From contig CAZQXB010000001.1 of the NCBI GenBank assembly GCA_964597575.1, forward strand, positions 704,595 to 768,594: a stretch of 64,000 nt of DNA, written 5' to 3'. The translations under genes were made by a program, and so were the position numbers. The stretch is from an uncultured Gammaproteobacteria bacterium (GTDB taxonomy: Bacteria; Patescibacteriota; Patescibacteriia; Magasanikbacterales; UBA922). This document shows, piece by piece, positions 55,995-64,000 of this stretch. Within the stretch, counting starts at the first letter, position 1; each line of letters starts with the position of its first letter. Under the pieces are notes generated by a model. The model was given only the letters and a program-made list of their open reading frames with translations, was not told where the DNA came from and did no database searches.

Positions 55995-57496
55995 AGTCTA
56001 TTTTTCTCTTTCTTTTTTAGAAGAAAAAACCACACAAGGACACCGTAACCTATAGCCGGCATGAATATTGGAACGCTCAACTCAACACTCGCATAAGGAA
56101 TGTGAGCAAAAAAGGTAACAACCGCAACCGTTATTTTCATAACCGCATACGAAATAAATCCGAGAAAAAGCCCGAGCGATGGAGAGAAGATACTTAAAAA
56201 AACGGCAAAGGCACTCAGCCCCATAATAAGAGGTACGAGGGGTCCGACGAGCGCATTTACAATCGGTGCCACAAGCGATGTTGTTCCAAATTGGTATAAC
56301 CCATAGGGCAAAGTCCACAAAATCGCAGAAAGCGTTACCCCGAATATTTCTTGGAGTTTTAATTTATCTGGAACAAAAGAAAGTTTTTCCTTCATCCACG
56401 GAGTAGCGTAGATAATTCCAATGGTGGCCAAAAAAGAAAGGATAAACCCGGGGTCATAGAGAAGCATGTGCGGCCGGAAAAAAACCATTGTCGCGGCTGT
56501 TGCCCCAAGCACGTTTTTCATCGCCCTCCCTCGCCCGAGCCACTCTGACAAAAAAACAATTCCCGCCATAATGCCAGCACGAACAACTGAGGCTGAGGCT
56601 CCTGTAAAAATCACAAAGCAAAGAACCCCAAGAGCCACGATAATAAGGGCTCTCGGACGACGAATCCGAAACCTAAAACAACACGATAAAATTGCACCCG
56701 CGAGAATCACAATATTTTGCCCGGAAACCGCAACTAAATGAGTGATACCAGTTTGGCGAAACATAGGGTCTAAACTTCCAAGCCCCCCGCGATAACCGTA
56801 TAAAAGTCCTGCTACGAATCCAGCGTATGGCTCGGGCCAAATAAAAGCGATTTTCTTGGCCACAAACTCTTTTACCTGAAAAAGATACCGAAATACTCCC
56901 CCTCCTCGTTTCGTATCAAGAACAGTAATCTGTGGCCAGGTGCAGGTTACGAAAATATCTTGACTGGCGAGATACAAATCGTATCGAAACCCTTCTTCTG
57001 ATTGCGGTTTCTTGAGTGTACAGTGGACCGACAGATGCTCCCCGTAGGCATGTGGCGGATACGGGAAAGTGGTAAATTGTACATTTCCATGCACGGGAAC
57101 CGTTTTTTTATTATACGTAATCCGTGCTCCGCCCAGCGTATACCTCGTATAGGAAATACGTTTATCCGGTTCTTTGTTTAGCACCCCAGTTATGGTCACT
57201 TCTTTTGAAAGATATGACACAATATGGGTTTGATCACTCATGTCCGGAGTTGCTCCGAGAACACGAAGAACGGCTAGAAGAATAATCCAACACACGAGAA
57301 GAATGAAACGATGCAGCCGATTATTCCAAAAGAAAAAAAGTAAAATTCCCGAACCCCACCACAGTGCATAGAGGGAATTCCAAGAAAACTTTGGACCAAG
57401 AAGCGCCACTGCGGTCGCCACAAGAAAAACAAGACAACACGCAAAAAACGTGTTGCCTTTAGAATGCATTATGTTGTGTAGCCACCGTCCCTCCAT
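55991..57496 (-). CDS. comEC: ComEC competence channel (OB + Competence domain)
   Basis: GITHLVAVSGQN, SVVRAGIMA, GFILSFLA. Confidence 0.92.
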   Translation of the reverse strand: MEGRWLHNIMHSKGNTFFACCLVFLVATAVALLGPKFSWNSLYALWWGSGILLFFFWNNRLHRFILLVCWIILLAVLRVLGATPDMSDQTHIVSYLSKEVTITGVLNKEPDKRISYTRYTLGGARITYNKKTVPVHGNVQFTTFPYPPHAYGEHLSVHCTLKKPQSEEGFRYDLYLASQDIFVTCTWPQITVLDTKRGGGVFRYLFQVKEFVAKKIAFIWPEPYAGFVAGLLYGYRGGLGSLDPMFRQTGITHLVAVSGQNIVILAGAILSCCFRFRIRRPRALIIVALGVLCFVIFTGASASVVRAGIMAGIVFLSEWLGRGRAMKNVLGATAATMVFFRPHMLLYDPGFILSFLATIGIIYATPWMKEKLSFVPDKLKLQEIFGVTLSAILWTLPYGLYQFGTTSLVAPIVNALVGPLVPLIMGLSAFAVFLSIFSPSLGLFLGFISYAVMKITVAVVTFFAHIPYASVELSVPIFMPAIGYGVLVWFFLLKKKEKNRL

Positions 57497-57508
57497 ACGG
57501 CGTGAATT

Positions 57509-60052
57509 CTACATCACGATACTTACCAGCTTTCCTTTAATATAAATGACTTTTTTCGGAGTATTTCCTTGAAGATACCCTTGCACTTTTTCTTCTTTAA
57601 GAGCACTAGCGGTCGCCTCTTCTTCAGAAACATCTGCCGGAAGTTCAATAGTGTGACGAAGTTTCCCATTAATCTGAATAGCGATCGTAACCGTATTCGC
57701 CACCAATTTTTTCGGGTCAAATGATGGCCAAGCACTAAGAGCAACACTCCCCGCCCCACCAAGCACTTGCCACAATTCTTCTGCGATGTGTGGCGCAAGT
57801 GGTGACACGGCTTTTACAATCATCTCGTATTGCGCCTTGCCTACCTGTTTTTGTTTCGTCGCTTCGTTTACCCAAATGGTTATTTGAGACACCGCTGTAT
57901 TAAAGCGCATCGCATCAATATCTTCGCCCACTTTTTTCACGGTTTCGTGTGTCACCTGCTCAAGCGATTCTACCGATTCTTTTGCGACCACATCTTGCAG
58001 CTTCCACAAGCGCTCTAACATGCGGCGAATACCAATAAGCCCGTTGGTGTCCCACTCCACAGCCTGGTCAAATGGCCCCATGAATAAAATATAGGCACGA
58101 AGGGCATCTGCCCCAAACTGTTCAACCATTTCATCCGGGTTCACCACATTGCCCTTACTTTTACTCATCTTCTCTCCGCCTTTGGCTAAAATCATTCCAT
58201 GCGATGTGCGGCGTTTGTATGGCTCCCGTGTAGGAACAACCCCAATATCAAACAAAAACTGATTCCAAAATCGGGAATAGAGTAAGTGAAGCACCGTGTG
58301 TTCCATGCCTCCGTTATACCAATCCACCGGAGCCCAATACTTTAACGCTTCTTTTGAAGCGAGCGCTGAATCATTTTTGGGATCCATGTAGCGAAGGAAA
58401 TACCAACTTGACCCTGCCCAGTTTGGCATGGTATCGGTTTCACGACGAGCAGCTCCGCCACAATGAGGGCAAGTGGTATTCACCCACTCGGTCATAGCCG
58501 CAAGCGGTGATTCCCCAGTATCTGTTGGTTGATATTTTTCTACTTCAGGCAACGTAAGAGGAAGATCAGAGTCGTCAAGAGCAATCCAGCCAGGATTTAT
58601 TTCTTCGCCTTTATTTTGAAATTGCTTTTTTTCAGCACAAGACGCACAGAACACCAGTGGGATGGGTTCACCCCAATACCGTTGACGGGAAAAAACCCAA
58701 TCACGTAACTTATAATTGACCTTATATTTTCCGATGCTTTTTTCTTCAAGCCATGTAATCATTTTTTTCTGTGCCTCAATAACCTCAAGATCATTGAGGA
58801 ATTCGGAGTTAGCGCATATACCGTCTCCTTCATAGCACATACCCGTACCATCACTCACACCTTTCATTCTACTTTCAATTTGACTGATGTTTTCCTTGTT
58901 ATATTTAATTATAACTGGCTTTCCATCAGCACCGAGGTGGTAAAATTCAAGGGGAAAAACAACGTATTTGATGGGCAAATTAAATTTCTTTGCAAACTCA
59001 AAATCACGCTCATCGTGCGCGGGCACCGCCATAATGGCACCAGTTCCCACATCCCCCATCACATAGTTCGTAATCCACACGGGAATTTCTTCATTCGTTA
59101 CCGGATGAAGTGCTGTGATTCCAGCGGGTACGCCTGTTTTTTCAGGCTCTGCCTCGCGAGCACTCACCCGTTCAGCAAGAGCTTTTTCCACATATTGTTT
59201 TACGTCATCGTCTGCTTTCCAGCCTACATCAAGCCATTTTTTCGCAAGCTCTGGCGCAACAGCTAAAAAGGTTACGCCAAAAAGAGTATCCGGGCGTGTA
59301 GTAAAAACAGTAACCGTATGTTTTTCATCCTGCCCCGGAACCCGAAGGGTAAAAACAATTTCTGCACCCTCACTTTTACCAATCCAATTTTCCTGCTGCA
59401 CCTTGGCTCGCTCAATATAATCAACATCTTTCAAACCCTCGACAAGTGAATCAGCATATTTCGTAATACCGAGCATCCACTGTTCTTTGTCGCGCTTTTC
59501 AACAGGCGTGCCGCAGCGTTCACAACCGCCATTCACCACTTCTTCATTCGCTAATCCAATTTTATCCTTAGGGCACCAATTAATGGGCTGATTCTTTTTA
59601 TACGCCAACCCGTGTTTAAACAGTTGCAGAAAAATCCATTGCGTCCACTTATAATATGTGGGGTCAGTGGTATCAACGGTACGAGACCAATCAAACCCAA
59701 AACCAAGCGACTTCAGCTGCCTCGTAAAGGTGGCAATATTTTCAGCCGTTACGTCAGCCGGTGCGCGACCTGTTTTAATCGCAAAATTTTCTGTTGGGAG
59801 ACCAAACGCATCAAACCCAATCGGAAACAGCGCATTGTACCCCTCCATACGTTTTTTGCGCGTAATCACATCCATGGCCGTGTAGGATCGTGGATGCCCT
59901 ACATGAAGCCCGGCGCCCGATGGGTAAGGAAACTCAATTAAGCCATAAAATTTTGGCTTTTTGGAATTCGTATCAACTTCAAATGTTTTTTCCTTTTCCC
60001 AAAATGCCTGCCATTTTGGTTCAATATCTTTCGGGTTATAGGCCTGAGTCAT
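57509..60052 (-). CDS. leuS: leucine--tRNA ligase
   Basis: FPYPSG.GLHVGH, FTTRPDT, GTGAIMAVPAHDERD, SRQRYWG, KMSKS. Confidence 0.98.
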   Translation of the reverse strand: MTQAYNPKDIEPKWQAFWEKEKTFEVDTNSKKPKFYGLIEFPYPSGAGLHVGHPRSYTAMDVITRKKRMEGYNALFPIGFDAFGLPTENFAIKTGRAPADVTAENIATFTRQLKSLGFGFDWSRTVDTTDPTYYKWTQWIFLQLFKHGLAYKKNQPINWCPKDKIGLANEEVVNGGCERCGTPVEKRDKEQWMLGITKYADSLVEGLKDVDYIERAKVQQENWIGKSEGAEIVFTLRVPGQDEKHTVTVFTTRPDTLFGVTFLAVAPELAKKWLDVGWKADDDVKQYVEKALAERVSAREAEPEKTGVPAGITALHPVTNEEIPVWITNYVMGDVGTGAIMAVPAHDERDFEFAKKFNLPIKYVVFPLEFYHLGADGKPVIIKYNKENISQIESRMKGVSDGTGMCYEGDGICANSEFLNDLEVIEAQKKMITWLEEKSIGKYKVNYKLRDWVFSRQRYWGEPIPLVFCASCAEKKQFQNKGEEINPGWIALDDSDLPLTLPEVEKYQPTDTGESPLAAMTEWVNTTCPHCGGAARRETDTMPNWAGSSWYFLRYMDPKNDSALASKEALKYWAPVDWYNGGMEHTVLHLLYSRFWNQFLFDIGVVPTREPYKRRTSHGMILAKGGEKMSKSKGNVVNPDEMVEQFGADALRAYILFMGPFDQAVEWDTNGLIGIRRMLERLWKLQDVVAKESVESLEQVTHETVKKVGEDIDAMRFNTAVSQITIWVNEATKQKQVGKAQYEMIVKAVSPLAPHIAEELWQVLGGAGSVALSAWPSFDPKKLVANTVTIAIQINGKLRHTIELPADVSEEEATASALKEEKVQGYLQGNTPKKVIYIKGKLVSIVM

Positions 60053-60098
60053 AGAGAGGTAAAAGTCTCCCTTATCCTACGCAACAATGCCCAAAAAA

Positions 60099-60521
60099 TC
60101 AAGCGGCAGAGCTCTTTTTTGACTTCCTTGCAAGGAGAGAGACCGTAATGGTGGCCCCAATGGTTCCATACACTAAGTCAGCCATGGTGTCGGCCACTGT
60201 CCCCTGAAATGACACTCGGGTAAGGATCGTTACGGCATACTCATACCATTCCCAAAAAACAGCCACGGATAAAGTTATGAGCACAATAAGACCTGCTTCA
60301 AGCGCAAACGAGCGAATGGAGAGAAACTTTTTCTTTTTTGCAGCTTGGAGAAGGTAGTACACCGACATGGCTATACTTACCCCGCCTAACACATGCATCG
60401 GCACATCAAACGAAGGGAAGTACGAGTACACATCAAAGAGAAGAATCGTTGCTATCTGAAAGAGGTACACGAGACCCGGAAAAAACAAAGCATGGATGAA
60501 CATTCGCGCCCAAAAGGTCAT
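60099..60521 (-). CDS. membrane protein (VanZ/DUF2238-like)
   Basis: DVPMHVLGG, WEWYEY, DTMADL; 4 TMs. Confidence 0.65.
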   Translation of the reverse strand: MTFWARMFIHALFFPGLVYLFQIATILLFDVYSYFPSFDVPMHVLGGVSIAMSVYYLLQAAKKKKFLSIRSFALEAGLIVLITLSVAVFWEWYEYAVTILTRVSFQGTVADTMADLVYGTIGATITVSLLARKSKKSSAA

Positions 60522-60529
60522 AGAGTATG

Positions 60530-61594
60530 TTAACGACGAGGTGTCGGATTTTTTGGAGCACTTCCCATGTTTTTATACACATCATTGCGGCGAGATCGAC
60601 GAATAAGAATCCAAGCAATAATGAATACCACGAGGGCAACAGGTAAGTACACCACCGCCCAAATGAGTGCATCACCAATTGATTTTCCCACTCCGAGCAA
60701 ACTACGAAGAGCATCTTTAAAGGCTACGGCTGGCTTCCACTCATCACCCTCATCAACAACGGGAACATTTTCTGGCTTGGTCGTAAGGTTTACGGTGATC
60801 GTTGATTTTGCTGAAGACTGTTGCAAATATTTTGTACGACCTTCCAAACGATCAATTTGGGAACGAACATTGCCGAGTTCACGTTGCACCTCAAGTACAT
60901 CCTGAATTTTCTCAGCCCGTTTCATAATTTCCAAATACTGCGCTTCCGTCGCACGGTAATTTTTTAACTGTGCCTGAATATCCACATACTCTTCCGTAAC
61001 GTCTTGGGCATTCACCTGTTGGCTTTCCACTTCGCCAACTTGTTTTAGTGCGCTTAACGATTCTTCGAACTTATCACTTGGTACTCGCACGGTTACTGAG
61101 CCCACAAAACTTACCACTTCTCGTGCCTGGTACATGTAATTATTTTTGCTCACATTCCGATTTACCTCTTCGCCCCCACGAGTTTTTATTAAACCTACAA
61201 TGTCATCAATCGCTTTCGGTACATCCGCAACGGCAAGCGACATGTAGCCGGTTTTAATAATGAGTGGTTGATCAGGAATAAATTCTTCCCCACCACCAGT
61301 TTGGAAACCAGGAGGAGGAGTTGGCGCAGGCACAATTGGGCGACCAATCATTGCTTTTGAATCCATGGCGACCCCCATATACGCAGAGTCCCCGCCCATC
61401 ATAGCAGCTTCAGCTGCCATAGGGGGCACTGCCTGAGGTGCCATTTCTGGGGCACCTGCATTCCGCATCGAAAGAGAATATCCGCCACTCGACCCTGTCG
61501 TTTGCGACATTGCATTATAAAAAGATAAACCTGCCGCGAATCCAACCACGACGATAAGAACGACTGCCCCGAGTATAATATCTTTGCGTTGCAT
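60530..61594 (-). CDS. DUF4349-like protein
   Basis: IIKTGYMSL.V, VRVP...F, DVTEEYVD, coiled coil, C-terminal TM. Confidence 0.85.
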   Translation of the reverse strand: MQRKDIILGAVVLIVVVGFAAGLSFYNAMSQTTGSSGGYSLSMRNAGAPEMAPQAVPPMAAEAAMMGGDSAYMGVAMDSKAMIGRPIVPAPTPPPGFQTGGGEEFIPDQPLIIKTGYMSLAVADVPKAIDDIVGLIKTRGGEEVNRNVSKNNYMYQAREVVSFVGSVTVRVPSDKFEESLSALKQVGEVESQQVNAQDVTEEYVDIQAQLKNYRATEAQYLEIMKRAEKIQDVLEVQRELGNVRSQIDRLEGRTKYLQQSSAKSTITVNLTTKPENVPVVDEGDEWKPAVAFKDALRSLLGVGKSIGDALIWAVVYLPVALVVFIIAWILIRRSRRNDVYKNMGSAPKNPTPRR

Positions 61595-61645
61595 AAATAA
61601 AGAAGAAAAGAAGAAGAATGAATATAGTATAGCGTAAAAATGAAC

Positions 61646-61680
61646 AAAAAGAAACCACCGGTTTTAACCGATGGTTTCTT
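61646..61680 (-). terminator. terminator after trxA
   Basis: AAGAAACCA.CGGTT/AACCG.TGGTTTCTT plus T tract on the minus strand. Confidence 0.75.
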
Positions 61681-61693
61681 GTGAAGAACACTT

Positions 61694-62020
61694 TTACGCC
61701 GCGTTTTTATCGAGAACTTCTTTAATCTTTTCTTTAGAAACACCACCAACGACTTTATCAACAACTTGGCCGTTTTTGAATACCAAGAATGTTGGAATGC
61801 TCATGACTTGGTATTTTCCTGCGACTTCTTGGTTTTCATCTACGTTCAATTTCCCAATGATGATTTTTGAAGCATCGTATTCTTTCGCAAGTTCTTCGAT
61901 AATCGGGCCCATTTGCTGACATGGCCCACACCATGGTGCCCAAAAATCCACAAATACAGGAACTTTTGATTCAAGAACTTCCTTTTGGAAGGTTGCGTCA
62001 GTAAAATGAAGATCTGCCAT
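61694..62020 (-). CDS. trxA: thioredoxin
   Basis: VDFWAPWCGPC, SIPT. Confidence 0.96.
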   Translation of the reverse strand: MADLHFTDATFQKEVLESKVPVFVDFWAPWCGPCQQMGPIIEELAKEYDASKIIIGKLNVDENQEVAGKYQVMSIPTFLVFKNGQVVDKVVGGVSKEKIKEVLDKNAA

Positions 62021-62100
62021 ATACGTTGATATAAAAATGAATGCTGACGTACTATACCACACCTTTCTCGTGAAAGAAAAATAAACGACGTGACTCACAA

Positions 62101-62460
62101 TTACGAAAGGTTCTCGGATGTCTTTCGATACTTTTCTTCCTCAACTCGAATTGCGGCGTCCTTTTTTTCTGTTAAACGGGCAATGTCTTCGTTATACCGA
62201 TCAAAAAATACTGCTTCAGTTTCTTTTGTTATTTCTTCTGGAAGAAGCTTACCGCGCAGAGTAGCTACATTTTCCTGAAGTTCTCTTTGTAGACGATCCG
62301 CTTCGCGCCTAAACAATTCTTCAATTTCGACTACCTCCTTTTGGAGAGCCCCTTCCGTTTCCGCGCTTTCCGCTTGTCGAGGGATAGTAGGAACCTCTCC
62401 TTCAATCGCTTCTCCGCGAAAAACAGGAACTTCCTCCATATTTCGTGCTTCTGGCCCCAT
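62101..62460 (-). CDS. acidic coiled-coil hypothetical protein
   Basis: 119-aa E/R-rich ORF downstream of infB. Confidence 0.6.
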   Translation of the reverse strand: MGPEARNMEEVPVFRGEAIEGEVPTIPRQAESAETEGALQKEVVEIEELFRREADRLQRELQENVATLRGKLLPEEITKETEAVFFDRYNEDIARLTEKKDAAIRVEEEKYRKTSENLS

Positions 62461-62479
62461 ACGTTAAAATGTTTAAGGT

Positions 62480-64000
62480 TTATTGAAAGATAATCTTTCG
62501 TGCTTTTGATTCCTCACTATAACATTCTAGCACATCACCGACCTCAATTTTAACCTTTCCTTCAAAACGAATACCACACTCGCTTCCAGCCGGAACTTCC
62601 TTTTTCTGATCCGCACCAATTTGGCAAGAAACAATCTTTCCCATCCCGACAATTTCTTTGTTGCGCTTTACCCGAGCCAAGGTGTCTTTTTTAATCTTCC
62701 CGTCTTCCACGCGGCCACCCACAGTCATGGCAGTCTTATCAGTACGGAAAATAGCCATGATCTTCAAAATACCGAGTTCCGTAACAATCTTTTCTTGGTC
62801 AAGAAGTTTTTCAAGTTCCACTTTGACCCAGTTAATAAGGTCATAAATGACGTCGTAGCGAGTAAACGCTACATTGTTATCGCGCATCATTTCCTCGGCG
62901 TTTCCCATAGGGTTTACCTTAAACCCGATCACGGTCGCATTTCCGGCCATGGCCTTCTTCACATCATCATCGTTAATGTTACCCAAACCTTTTCCAACCA
63001 CTTTCACGCCAACTTCATCGTGACGAATTTTATCAAGAGAACCAACGATGGCTTCAAGTGACCCAAGTACATCGGCCTTCACAACGATATTTAAGGTCTT
63101 CTTTTTATTTTCATCATCTTCTGAGCTCGACTGTGCAACAACGGTCTGTTCAGCACCAGTTTGGCGGTTTCGTTTTTCCTTAAAGTCAATCATTTTCGCC
63201 CCTTCTGCACGTGATACATCTAAAATATCTCCCACTTCTGGCGCTACTTTAAAACCAATAATCTGTACTGGAACACTTGGACCAGCGGCATCAATATCTT
63301 TTCCACGATGATCTTTCATGGCGCGAACTTTCCCGTAAATTTCTCCATTCACAACCAACTGATCACCCTTATGAAGGGTTCCAGCCTGAACCAACACGGT
63401 CGCTACCGGGCCAGTTCCTTTATCAACCCGAGAATCAATAATAGTTCCAACTGCAGCAATACCAGCGTCAGCTCGAATATTTTCTTCACGCACGTCAGCG
63501 ACGAGTAAAAGGACATCGAGTAATTTATCAATATTCAATTTTTCTTTGGCAGAAATTTCAACACAAGGAACGTCGCCGCCCCATTCTTCTAAAAGAATGT
63601 TCCGGCTAGCGAGCTCACTTTTCACGCGTGCCACATCAGCAGTTGGTTTATCAACCTTGTTAATCGCAACCACAAATGGCAGCTGCGCCGCACGAATAAT
63701 CTGAATTACCTCTTCTGTTTGAGGTTTGACACCGTCGTCTGCGGCCACCACCAAAATCGCGATATCGGCTACTTTTGCCCCTCGACTCCGCATGACTGTA
63801 AAAGCTTCGTGCCCAGGGGTATCGATAAAGGTAAGAGCACGTTCTACTTTTGTTTTTGGATCTTTCCAAATGGTTTGATACGCCCCAATATGTTGAGTAA
63901 TACCACCTGATTCTGTCGCCACGATATTCGTTTCACGAATGGTATCGAGTAATTTCGTTTTTCCATGGTCAACGTGACCCATCACAACGACGACCGGTGA
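62480..64000 (-). CDS. infB: translation initiation factor IF-2 (5' end outside window)
   Basis: [50 protein letters not shown]. Confidence 0.98.
   Translation of the reverse strand, partial: SPVVVVMGHVDHGKTKLLDTIRETNIVATESGGITQHIGAYQTIWKDPKTKVERALTFIDTPGHEAFTVMRSRGAKVADIAILVVAADDGVKPQTEEVIQIIRAAQLPFVVAINKVDKPTADVARVKSELASRNILLEEWGGDVPCVEISAKEKLNIDKLLDVLLLVADVREENIRADAGIAAVGTIIDSRVDKGTGPVATVLVQAGTLHKGDQLVVNGEIYGKVRAMKDHRGKDIDAAGPSVPVQIIGFKVAPEVGDILDVSRAEGAKMIDFKEKRNRQTGAEQTVVAQSSSEDDENKKKTLNIVVKADVLGSLEAIVGSLDKIRHDEVGVKVVGKGLGNINDDDVKKAMAGNATVIGFKVNPMGNAEEMMRDNNVAFTRYDVIYDLINWVKVELEKLLDQEKIVTELGILKIMAIFRTDKTAMTVGGRVEDGKIKKDTLARVKRNKEIVGMGKIVSCQIGADQKKEVPAGSECGIRFEGKVKIEVGDVLECYSEESKARKIIFQ

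Noticed and set aside
1-64000. Alternative genetic code (TGA=Gly, code 25)
   Set aside because: Conserved genes are full length under code 11, and TGA ends genes at sensible positions (e.g. 37807, 29706).

Overview
A 64-kb chromosomal segment of a small-genome bacterium using genetic code 11. Gene content suggests CPR/Patescibacteria (inference): archaeal-type PyrH, Elp3, standalone SWIB, VirD4-like protein, split ComEC, type IV pilin/PilM and TSP3-repeat surface proteins. It is mostly housekeeping: alaS (partial), mnmA, cysS, dnaX, folD, dusB, secF/secD/secA, hpf, murB, mraY, glyA, tsaE, rarA, pyrH, mutY, comEC, leuS, trxA, infB (partial) and tRNA-Gln(CTG). I see no rRNA, CRISPR, integrase or transposase. 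Four things stand out. (1) A cell-wall locus (30.8-38.9 kb) interleaves murB, mraY and an Mpl-like ligase with an ATP-grasp ligase, an NlpC/P60-like hydrolase, an ATE/Bpt-like tRNA-dependent transferase, a methyltransferase, an unannotated LysW-like carrier protein and a fold-II PLP enzyme. This is a candidate non-canonical peptidoglycan peptide pathway. (2) There are two gene classes. Native genes lack Shine-Dalgarno (SD) sites and almost invariantly start T-ATG. Scattered GC-rich single-gene cassettes carry their own sigma70 promoter, a strong SD, a non-T at -1 and a hairpin terminator, and several encode phosphoesterase-like proteins. (3) Elp3 lies near a Trm9/ALKBH8-like methyltransferase, with MnmA elsewhere in the window, suggesting a eukaryote/archaea-like mcm5(s2)U34 pathway. 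(4) SecD carries two inserted parvulin domains, and a tRNA-derived inverted-repeat element follows tRNA-Gln. All family calls come from motif recognition by eye, not database searches.
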